41,290 bases of DNA from NCBI GenBank assembly GCA_018224455.1, contig JAGTUY010000273.1, forward strand, positions 1-41,290, given 5' to 3'. The notes under the pieces were generated by a model. It was not told the origin of the DNA, searched no databases, and saw nothing but the letters and a program-made list of their open reading frames with translations. This stretch comes from Desulfosarcina sp. Lineage in GTDB: Bacteria; Desulfobacterota; Desulfobacteria; Desulfobacterales; Desulfosarcinaceae. Positions within the stretch are counted from its first letter, which is position 1, and each line of letters begins with the position of its first letter. Of this stretch, positions 1-8,093 are shown in pieces. Made by a program: the position numbers and the translations under genes.

Positions 1-1040
1 CATTGTATGAAAAACTGGGCTTCCAACGGGTACCGGTCTTTTGCATCAAACGCAAAAACCAGATCAACGAGCCGTATTTTACGGCATCTGCGCCGGAAGA
101 AAAACTCAACCCCTACGCCCGCATCATTACCGACGAAGCCCGGCGGCGTGGCATCGGCGTGGCGGTGCTCGATGAGAAACACAACTATTTTAAACTGATG
201 CATGGCGGCCGATCGATGGTCTGCCGCGAATCGCTGACTGAACTTACCTCGGCGATTGCCATGAGCCGTTGCGATGACAAGCGATTGACCCATGGCCTGC
301 TGAGGGCGGCCGGGTTGAAGGTTCCCCGACAATTCACGGTAAAGGTGGACGATGGTGAAAGCAATACTGCCGTTTTGGAAGAACTGAAACGGGTGGTGGT
401 CAAGCCAGCCCGGGGGGAGCAGGGCAACGGCATCAGTGTCGATGTGCGGTCGCCGGAAGCCCTTGAAAAAGCGGTCGCATGGGCCGGTCAATTCTGCCCG
501 GACATCATTGTCGAGTCTTACGTGCAAGGCGAGGATCTTCGCCTGATCGTGATCGATCAGCAGGTGGTCGCCGCAGCGGTCCGCCGGCTGCCGGTAATCG
601 TCGGCACCGGGCGCCACAGTATCAGCGAACTGATTCAAAAATATAATCGTCGCCGAGCCAGCGCCACCGATGGAGAGAGCCGGATACCGCTGGATGACGA
701 AACCCGGCGCTGCATCCGACAGGCCGGGCATAATCTGGATGACGTCATCACTGCCGAAAAAAAAATAACGGTGCGCAAAACCGCCAATCTGCATACCGGC
801 GGCACGATCGAAGATGTGACCGACATCATTCATCCGACAGTAGTCGAAGCCGCCGAACAGGCGGCCACGGTTCTGAACATCCCCGTGACCGGGTTGGATA
901 TGATTGTTCCCAATCTAAAGGAGTCCGAATACGTCATCATCGAAGCCAATGAACGCCCGGGTCTGGCCAATCACGAACCGCAGCCCACCGCCGAACGATT
1001 TATCGATCTGCTTTTTCCCCAAACCGCCACGTCAGCCTGA
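1..1040 (+). CDS. ngg: N-acetylglutaminylglutamine synthetase (GNAT acetyltransferase + cyanophycin-synthetase-like ATP-grasp), 5' truncated by window edge
   Basis: Begins with the GNAT C-terminal motif LYEKLGF, followed by ATP-grasp motifs VVKPARGEQGNGISV, EDLRLIVID, ANLHTGG and IIEANERPGLANH. Directly upstream of an M42 peptidase, as in NAGGN clusters. Confidence 0.85.
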   Translation, partial: LYEKLGFQRVPVFCIKRKNQINEPYFTASAPEEKLNPYARIITDEARRRGIGVAVLDEKHNYFKLMHGGRSMVCRESLTELTSAIAMSRCDDKRLTHGLLRAAGLKVPRQFTVKVDDGESNTAVLEELKRVVVKPARGEQGNGISVDVRSPEALEKAVAWAGQFCPDIIVESYVQGEDLRLIVIDQQVVAAAVRRLPVIVGTGRHSISELIQKYNRRRASATDGESRIPLDDETRRCIRQAGHNLDDVITAEKKITVRKTANLHTGGTIEDVTDIIHPTVVEAAEQAATVLNIPVTGLDMIVPNLKESEYVIIEANERPGLANHEPQPTAERFIDLLFPQTATSA

Positions 1041-1056
1041 TTGGAGGTTGTGATCA

Positions 1057-2193
1057 GTGAATCCCATTGCCATCGACATCGACTATCTCAAGCAGATGCT
1101 TATTTCGCTGCTGAATATTCCCAGCCCATCCGGCTACACGGACCAGATCGTTCATTTTGTGGGCCAGGAGCTGCAACAGCTTGGCATCACCTATAATGTA
1201 ACCCGTCGCGGGGCGATCCGTGCCACATTGAAGGGTCGCAGTCGCAATGCGCTGGATCGTGCCATTGCTGCCCATCTGGACACCCTGGGTGCCATGGTCC
1301 GGCGGGTGGAATCCAGTGGTCGTCTGGCTATCTCTCCAGTAGGAACCTGGTCCAGCCGCTTTGCGGAAGGGGCCCGTGTAACCGTCTATACCGAGAGTGG
1401 ACCGATCCGCGGAACAGTGCTGCCGCTGAAGGCATCCGGACACGCATACGGGGAAGCGGTGGACGCCCAACCTGTTGGATGGGACCATGTGGAGGTCCGC
1501 GTCGATGATGACACCCGTATCCTCGATCGGTTGAGAAAAACCAATGTCCAGGTCGGTGATTTTGTGGCCTTTGATACGCTGCCGGAAATTTCCACCGATG
1601 GATTTATCAACGCTCGCCATTTGGATGACAAAGCCGGTGTCGCCATCCTTCTATCAACCGCCAAAGCGATCATTGACGCCCGGATTGTCCTGCCCATCGA
1701 TTGCCATTTGATTTTCACCATTTTCGAAGAGGTTGGATCAGGTGCATCCGCGGCGGTTTATGGCGATGTTGCCGAAATGGTGGTCATCGATCATGCCCCG
1801 GTCGCCCCCAACCAGAACGCCACGGAATTCAGCGCCGTAATCGGCATGATGGACCAGACCGGTCCCTTTGACTATCATTTGAACCGTAAGCTGTTTACCC
1901 TCGGCAAGGAGAATGAAATTGCGCTGGTAAAGGATGTTTTCCGCTTCTATCGCAGCGATTCGGCATCAGCGATCGAGTCTGGAAGCGACACACGTACCGC
2001 ATTGGTATGTTTTGGGGTGGATGGATCACATGGATACGAACGGACGCATATGTCTTCATTGACGGCGGTAGCTGACCTGGTGGTTAATTATATTCAAAGT
2101 GAGCCGACCTTCATGCGAGACAAAGATGAAATGTCGTCCTTGAATGGATTTCCGCACCAGCCGGACAGAGAAGTCATTCAAATTAAAACCTGA
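1057..2193 (+). CDS. M42 family metallopeptidase, osmoprotectant NAGGN system type
   Basis: IPSPSG, AHLDTLG, RHLDDKAG, FEEVG and SHGYERTH metal-ligand motifs. GTG start with GGAGG RBS upstream. Adjacent to ngg. Confidence 0.88.
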   Translation: MNPIAIDIDYLKQMLISLLNIPSPSGYTDQIVHFVGQELQQLGITYNVTRRGAIRATLKGRSRNALDRAIAAHLDTLGAMVRRVESSGRLAISPVGTWSSRFAEGARVTVYTESGPIRGTVLPLKASGHAYGEAVDAQPVGWDHVEVRVDDDTRILDRLRKTNVQVGDFVAFDTLPEISTDGFINARHLDDKAGVAILLSTAKAIIDARIVLPIDCHLIFTIFEEVGSGASAAVYGDVAEMVVIDHAPVAPNQNATEFSAVIGMMDQTGPFDYHLNRKLFTLGKENEIALVKDVFRFYRSDSASAIESGSDTRTALVCFGVDGSHGYERTHMSSLTAVADLVVNYIQSEPTFMRDKDEMSSLNGFPHQPDREVIQIKT

Positions 2194-2510
2194 TTCATAC
2201 ATACAAACGCCCCCGTAGCCGTTCCGGCCTTCTTGCTCATTAGCAAAGATTGGGCAAAATCTAAAAACAGCCAAAACATACAACGATGTCCACACCTGCC
2301 ATCCTCTTCAAGATGAACAATTTTCCGTTGGCTGCCAACCGTGTGGTCATTCCCATTCATGATCTGGTTCTCCCGAAACAATTCTATCATTTTTTTTAAT
2401 GCCGTCATTGGTTTTTTCGCTTTACGCCTTAAAATCTTATATTTCCTCATTTGAATGTGAGATAGTCGAAAATCAGAAGCAGCTGACCAAAAAAATGAAA
2501 ATGCGGAGCC

Positions 2511-4697
2511 ATGAAACTATCCCAAACCAAGCTTTCAGAAAAATCGATGCGACTGCTCAACAAGCTGTTGCGTGAAAATCCAAGGCTTCGAGCCATCTAT
2601 GAAAACGCCGATTGTGAGGATGCTTCTCGGCACGCCTTGCGAGAATGGGCACAGGAAGTCATCGCCGACCATCCGACCGCCCGACGCTACTATCGGCGGG
2701 AAGCGGCAGGGCCGCGAACGTACACTGAACTCAGGTGGGCAGACCTGGCTGCCATTCGCATCCTGGACTACCTGGACCATGCCGGCCTGGAGTTTAAAAA
2801 CCCCTTTCGGGTGAGCAAACCGATACGCAACGATCCCTTCCAGTTCGTATGGCTGGGGGTGAAAACGGGCAGAGGCGGAGCCAAGCCGCTTTTCTTTGAA
2901 GACATGATTCAACTGTTTCGTCAGTTGACCGGCCAGCTGCCTCAGCCAAGACCCGATCGCCAGACTCTTCTGCGCTGGATGTCACGCTGGAAGCACGGCC
3001 AGGAACCGGATGTGGTCAAGCAGCAGGAAGCCAATAAAGAGCGAATCATAAAAATCCTGATCGACCGAATTGAGAGCTGTGAACCCGGCGACAGCCGGTA
3101 TGCCTTCAAAACGGGGATGACCCGGTCGGAAAAATTGGCGAAAGTCAGGCAATGGTGGGGCGATTACCGCTTTCACCTCAGGTTTGCGGTTCGCTCCCCA
3201 GGCTTGCTCAATGAACTGTTAGATGACTCGTTAGACGCCAATACACAAAAACTTCTCGATAAAGCAGAAAAAAAGGGAATCCCCTTTTTCGTCAACCCGT
3301 ACTATCTTTCCCTGTTGAGCGTCAAACACTCTGATTTTATGGCTGGTTCCGACATGGCCATCCGCCACTACGTGATCTATAGCAAACAACTGGTCGACCA
3401 ATTTGGCAATATCGAAGCATGGGAGAAGGAGGACAAGATAAAGCCGGGCAAGCCCAATGCAGCGGGGTGGCTGCTGCCCTCAACCCAAAATGTTCATCGC
3501 CGCTACCCCGAAGTCGCCATCTTGATACCGGAAACAATGGGTCGTGCCTGCGGGGGCCTGTGTGTCTCCTGTCAACGCATGTACGATTTCCAGAGGGGGG
3601 GGAACCTTGGTTTCAACCTGGAAAAGCTCCATCACAATGAGACCTGGGAAGAAAAATTGCGGCGTTTACTGGACTATTACGAACAGGACACCCAGCTGCG
3701 GGACATACTGATTACCGGCGGTGACGCCTTGATGAGCCGCGATCAATCCCTTGAAAATATCCTGAATGCCGTTTATGAGATGGCGGTTCGTAAAAAAGAG
3801 GCCAACCTATCCCGGCCGAATGGTGGTAAATATGCGGAGATAGTCAGAATAAGGCTCGGCACCCGCCTGCTGGCATATCTGCCGCAACGGGTTACCCCGC
3901 AACTGGCGAAGATTCTTGGCCAATTCAGGAATCGGGCATTGGATGCAGGCCTGAAGCAATTCGTCATTCAAACTCATTTTGAAAGCCCTATCGAGGTAAC
4001 CCCCGAAGCCTGCAAGGCGGTCAGGCGGCTGTTGTCCGCCGGCTGGATGGTTGTCAATCAGCTGGTATTCACCTCGGCTGCATCCAGACGGGGGCATACC
4101 GCCATGCTTCGCAAGGTTTTGAATGATATCGGTGTAATAACTTACTACACCTTCTCGGTAAAAGGGTTTCTCGAAAACACCTTCAATTATGCAACCAATG
4201 CGCGGGCTGTTCAGGAACAGGACGAAGAGAAGTGCTTTGGACGGATACCGGAACAATTCCGGGATGCCATCAGCGCTTTGCCCTTTGAAACCCTAAGAAT
4301 GGTCGAAAAGCTGGCCACATTGCGGCAGCAGGCGGACATTCCGTTTGTGGCGACGGACCGAAATGTAATCAACCTTCCGGGCATCGGCAAAAGCATGACC
4401 TTCCGTACGATCGGGCTTACCCGTTGGGGCAGGCGAATACTTGAGTTCGACCATGACCACAACCGTTGGCACAGCCCTATCATTGACCGGATGGGCAAGA
4501 TCATCATCATCGAAAGCAAGCCGGTCGGCGCCTATTTGCATCAACTTGAGGAAATGGGGGAAAATGTGGCCGAGTATGAGAGCCTGTGGGGATATTCGAT
4601 CGGTGAAACCGAATCCAGACCGCCCCTGTTTGAATACCCTCGCTATGATTTCAAGGTTACGAAAAAAATTTCCAACCTTGCCCTGACGGGTGGATGA
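2511..4697 (+). CDS. Large KamA-family radical SAM/PLP 2,3-aminomutase-like protein
   Basis: HRRYPEVAIL, CGGLCVSC (CxxxCxxC, 3549-3572), LITGGDALM, IRLGTR, QTHFESP, NQLV and LPGIGK (putative PLP Lys). Long N-terminal extension. Confidence 0.85.
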   Translation: MKLSQTKLSEKSMRLLNKLLRENPRLRAIYENADCEDASRHALREWAQEVIADHPTARRYYRREAAGPRTYTELRWADLAAIRILDYLDHAGLEFKNPFRVSKPIRNDPFQFVWLGVKTGRGGAKPLFFEDMIQLFRQLTGQLPQPRPDRQTLLRWMSRWKHGQEPDVVKQQEANKERIIKILIDRIESCEPGDSRYAFKTGMTRSEKLAKVRQWWGDYRFHLRFAVRSPGLLNELLDDSLDANTQKLLDKAEKKGIPFFVNPYYLSLLSVKHSDFMAGSDMAIRHYVIYSKQLVDQFGNIEAWEKEDKIKPGKPNAAGWLLPSTQNVHRRYPEVAILIPETMGRACGGLCVSCQRMYDFQRGGNLGFNLEKLHHNETWEEKLRRLLDYYEQDTQLRDILITGGDALMSRDQSLENILNAVYEMAVRKKEANLSRPNGGKYAEIVRIRLGTRLLAYLPQRVTPQLAKILGQFRNRALDAGLKQFVIQTHFESPIEVTPEACKAVRRLLSAGWMVVNQLVFTSAASRRGHTAMLRKVLNDIGVITYYTFSVKGFLENTFNYATNARAVQEQDEEKCFGRIPEQFRDAISALPFETLRMVEKLATLRQQADIPFVATDRNVINLPGIGKSMTFRTIGLTRWGRRILEFDHDHNRWHSPIIDRMGKIIIIESKPVGAYLHQLEEMGENVAEYESLWGYSIGETESRPPLFEYPRYDFKVTKKISNLALTGG

Positions 4698-4874
4698 ATT
4701 CGCAAAGGCAGTCTTTTTTTTGGGGGGTTACGGACGTGCAACGATGGCGGATATCTCAAAAGATGCAGAATTGAGTGCCGAAATTCCGTATTCTAAGAGA
4801 AAGAATGAATTAGGGTTAAAAATTTGGGTTTAGCGGCAATTCACATCCCAGGTTCCTTTGCGGCGAATGTTTCG

Positions 4875-4904
4875 TTGACACATTTGCCCTGGTGCCGCTA
4901 TGGT
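4875..4904 (+). promoter_or_regulatory. Candidate sigma70 promoter for cinA-manC
   Basis: TTGACA-N18-TATGGT about 50 bp upstream of the cinA start. Confidence 0.45.
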
Positions 4905-4955
4905 CCTATGCGATGATCCTATTCGAGATATCTGAGCATTAAAGGGAGCCGTCAA

Positions 4956-6203
4956 ATGAAAGCGGAAATACTGGCGACGGGAGATGAGATCCGGTCCGGC
5001 GCCCTGGTGGACAGCAACTCGGCGTATATTTCGGAAAAGTTGGAGGAAAACGGCATCGAAGTGGTGCGACACACCTGCGTGGGGGACGATCTGCCCCTGT
5101 TGGTCGCAGCCCTTCGTGAGATCGGCGACCGTGTGGATCTGGCGGTGGTCACCGGTGGACTGGGGCCCACCAGCGATGATCTCACTGCCGAAGCGGCAGC
5201 CAGAGCCGCCGGTGTTGAACTGAGATTCAATCAGCCCGCCTTTGAAAACGTCGAGAGCTTTTTTAAAACGTTCAACCGCCCCATGACCGAATCCAACCGC
5301 AAGCAGGCGCTGCTTCCCGACGGCAGCAACCTATTGTACAATCCGGTGGGTACAGCACCCGGGTTTTCCCTGACCATGCAGAAGTGTCGGTTTTTCTTTC
5401 TTCCGGGGGTGCCCTATGAGATGAGACGCATGCTGACTGAGCAGGTGATGCCTGAAATGCTTTCGCTGCAGGGCGATGCGGCCATGCACAGCCGGGTGAA
5501 GACCATTACCACCTTCGGGCTGCCTGAATCGCTGGCCGGTGAAAAAGTGGCCGGTGTGGAAGCCGCTTTTCCGGGCGTCAAGCTGGGCCTTCGTGCCAAT
5601 TTCCCGCAGATCCAGGTCAAGCTCTACGGGCGGGACACGGATCCGGCCCTGCTGGATCAACGGATGGACCAGGCGGGTCGGTGGGCGCTGCAACGGTTGG
5701 GACAAAACGTGATATCTGAAAACGGCGAACGGATGGAAGCCGTGGTGGGAAGACTGCTGTTGGAACGATCGGCCTCCATCGGACTGGCGGAAAGCTGTAC
5801 CGGCGGGCTGCTGGCCAACTGGCTGACCAACGTGGCCGGTAGTTCGGACTATTTTCTCTTTTCCGGCGTCACCTATTCAAACCGGGCCAAGATCGATGTG
5901 CTGGGTGTCCGGCCCGAAACGCTGGAAAGACATGGCGCGGTTCACGAAAAAACGGCCCGGGAGATGGCCGAAGGGGCCCGGCGGGTAGCCGGCAGCACCT
6001 ACGGGCTTTCCACCAGCGGCATTGCCGGCCCTGACGGTGGAACCGAAGACAAACCGGTGGGAACCGTGTGTGTCGGATACGCCGGGCCGGATCGGTCTTT
6101 CGGCCGTCGGCTGTACTTCCCATTCGGAAAGCGCCTGATGAACAAGAAAATATTTACCATGGCGGCGCTGGATATCCTGCGCAAGGAGTTGTTAAAAATA
6201 TGA
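4956..6203 (+). CDS. cinA: CinA family protein (MoCF-like ADP-ribose pyrophosphatase domain + PncC NMN deamidase domain)
   Basis: TGDEIRSG..DSN, GGLGPTSDDLT and PGVPYEM in the N-terminal domain; AESCTGG, YSNRAK and SGIAGPDGG..KPVGTV in the C-terminal domain. Confidence 0.93.
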   Translation: MKAEILATGDEIRSGALVDSNSAYISEKLEENGIEVVRHTCVGDDLPLLVAALREIGDRVDLAVVTGGLGPTSDDLTAEAAARAAGVELRFNQPAFENVESFFKTFNRPMTESNRKQALLPDGSNLLYNPVGTAPGFSLTMQKCRFFFLPGVPYEMRRMLTEQVMPEMLSLQGDAAMHSRVKTITTFGLPESLAGEKVAGVEAAFPGVKLGLRANFPQIQVKLYGRDTDPALLDQRMDQAGRWALQRLGQNVISENGERMEAVVGRLLLERSASIGLAESCTGGLLANWLTNVAGSSDYFLFSGVTYSNRAKIDVLGVRPETLERHGAVHEKTAREMAEGARRVAGSTYGLSTSGIAGPDGGTEDKPVGTVCVGYAGPDRSFGRRLYFPFGKRLMNKKIFTMAALDILRKELLKI

Positions 6204-7636
6204 TTCTACCGGTAATTCTTGCAGGCGGCAGCGGCACCCGACTCTGGCCGCTTTCCCGAGCCCTTTATCCCAAGCAGCTCATCAGCCTGGTTGACCGGCA
6301 CACCATGCTTCAAAATACGATCCTTCGGCTGGATGGCTTGGACGGTGCAGAAAAACCGGTCGTGATATGCAACGACGAATACCGGTTCATGGTGGCCGAG
6401 CAGCTTCGTCAGATCGACATCCAGGCCGATTCGATCATTCTGGAACCGGTGGGCAGAAATACCGCTCCCGCCCTGGCCGTGGCGGCCATACGGGCAATGG
6501 AGACGGGTCACGATCCCGTGCTGTTAATCCTGCCGGCCGATCACCACATTCAGCGAACTGCTGAATTTCAGCGATTGATCGAGTCGGGGCATGCATACGC
6601 TCAGGCGGGACGAATGATTACATTCGGCATTGTGCCGGATAAACCGGAAACCGGATATGGCTACATTAAAATGGGTGGCCCGTTACCCCCGGCAGGCGGG
6701 GATGCAACGGCCGTGAGCATTGCGGCTTTCGTGGAAAAACCGGATCTGGCGACCGCCCGGCGATATGTAACCTCAAAAGCCTATTGCTGGAACAGCGGCA
6801 TGTTCATGTTCAAGGCGTCACAGGTAGTCAGGGAATTGGATAAGTTTGTTCCCGACATCGTTGCTGCCTGTCGGCAAGCCATCGAAAAAGGGCGGGCCGA
6901 CCTGGATTTTTTCCGACTCGATAAAGCGGCTTTTGCTGCCTGCCCCAGCGATTCCATCGATTATGCCGTGATGGAAAAAACGGATAGCGGTGCCATGCTG
7001 CCCATGGCGGCAGGATGGAACGATCTGGGATCGTGGGAAGCGCTGTGGCATGTTGGCCAGAAAGACGATCTAGGCAATGTGGTCAAGGGAGATGTGGTGC
7101 TGCACGACGTGGGGGATTCCTATCTGCACGCCGAACACCGCCTGATCGCAGCGGTGGGATTGAAGGATCACATCGTTGTGGAGACCTCGGATGCGGTGAT
7201 GATCTCCCCCCGTGACCGGGTCCAGGATGTCAAGGGGCTGGTGGATCAACTCAAGTCCCAGAATCGGGAAGAAACGCGCACGCATAAGCGGGTTTACCGG
7301 CCGTGGGGCACGGTGGATCAATTGGTAACAGGGAACCGTTTCCAGGTGAACCGGATCACGGTCAAGCCCGGCGGCGTGTTGTCTCTTCAAAAACATTTCA
7401 ACCGGTCCGAGCACTGGATCGTCGTTCGCGGGTCTGCGCAGGTCACCAAGGCCGACGAACGTCTGTTGCTCAAAGAGGACAGTTCGACCTACATTTCCGC
7501 CGGTATTGCCCATCGACTTGAAAATCCGGGGAAAATCCCGCTGGAACTGATCGAGGTGCAGACAGGCGGGTATATCGGAGAGGATGATATCACCCGGCTT
7601 GAGGATATCTACGGCCGGCACCGGCAGGATGAGTAA
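6200..7636 (+). CDS. manC: Mannose-1-phosphate guanylyltransferase / mannose-6-phosphate isomerase
   Basis: PVILAGGSGTRLWPLSR..PKQ, EPVGRNTAPA, FVEKPD, WNSGMF, SIDYAVME and a C-terminal cupin (RPWG). ATG at 6200 overlaps the cinA stop (ATGA). Confidence 0.93.
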   Translation: MILPVILAGGSGTRLWPLSRALYPKQLISLVDRHTMLQNTILRLDGLDGAEKPVVICNDEYRFMVAEQLRQIDIQADSIILEPVGRNTAPALAVAAIRAMETGHDPVLLILPADHHIQRTAEFQRLIESGHAYAQAGRMITFGIVPDKPETGYGYIKMGGPLPPAGGDATAVSIAAFVEKPDLATARRYVTSKAYCWNSGMFMFKASQVVRELDKFVPDIVAACRQAIEKGRADLDFFRLDKAAFAACPSDSIDYAVMEKTDSGAMLPMAAGWNDLGSWEALWHVGQKDDLGNVVKGDVVLHDVGDSYLHAEHRLIAAVGLKDHIVVETSDAVMISPRDRVQDVKGLVDQLKSQNREETRTHKRVYRPWGTVDQLVTGNRFQVNRITVKPGGVLSLQKHFNRSEHWIVVRGSAQVTKADERLLLKEDSSTYISAGIAHRLENPGKIPLELIEVQTGGYIGEDDITRLEDIYGRHRQDE

Positions 7637-7640
7637 ATGT

Positions 7641-8081
7641 TTATCGACTGTGAACCAGCAGGGTCACCGGTCCGTCATTGACGATCTCGACCCGCATCAT
7701 CGCACCGAATCGGCCGGTGTGGGTGTCGACGCCCAGCTTTTCCAAACGTTCCACAAAATGCTGGTAGAGTCGCTGGGCCAGAACCGGTTCGGCGGCATCG
7801 ATGAAGGAGGGCCGCCTGCCTTTGCGGCAGTCCGCCAGCAGGGTGAATTGGGAAACCACGAGTATCTGCCCCCCCATCTCCATCAATGAGCGATTCATTT
7901 TGCCTTGCTGGTCTTCGAAGATGCGCAGGTTGACCACTTTGGCGGCCAAGTATTCGGCATCGGTTTCCCCATCTCCATCGGCCACCCCCAAAAGGACATT
8001 GAGGCCGGGGCCGATAGCGTCCACCAACAATCCGTCAATGGTGACGCTGCTGCTTATGACTCGCTGAACCACGGCGATCAA
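7641..8081 (-). CDS. dtd: D-aminoacyl-tRNA deacylase
   Basis: [23 protein letters not shown] and NDGPVT motifs. Confidence 0.95.
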   Translation of the reverse strand: MIAVVQRVISSSVTIDGLLVDAIGPGLNVLLGVADGDGETDAEYLAAKVVNLRIFEDQQGKMNRSLMEMGGQILVVSQFTLLADCRKGRRPSFIDAAEPVLAQRLYQHFVERLEKLGVDTHTGRFGAMMRVEIVNDGPVTLLVHSR

Positions 8082-8093
8082 AGGGAACCCTTT

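Noticed and set aside
2178-2450. 90-aa minus-strand ORF (and 2056-2295) in the peptidase-KamA gap
   Set aside because: Overlaps the peptidase 3' end, has no clear RBS and no motif. More likely regulatory DNA.
4703-4722. Intrinsic terminator after the KamA-like gene
   Set aside because: A T run is present but the stem (AAAGG/TCTTT, 3-nt loop) is too weak to call.
6068-6199. N-terminal extensions in the ORF track (manC 6068; also coaBC 24860, argG 34991, folK 38797, YHS 39514, rne 18878)
   Set aside because: They overlap upstream genes or repeat elements. Downstream starts fit family N-termini and RBS or overlap patterns better.
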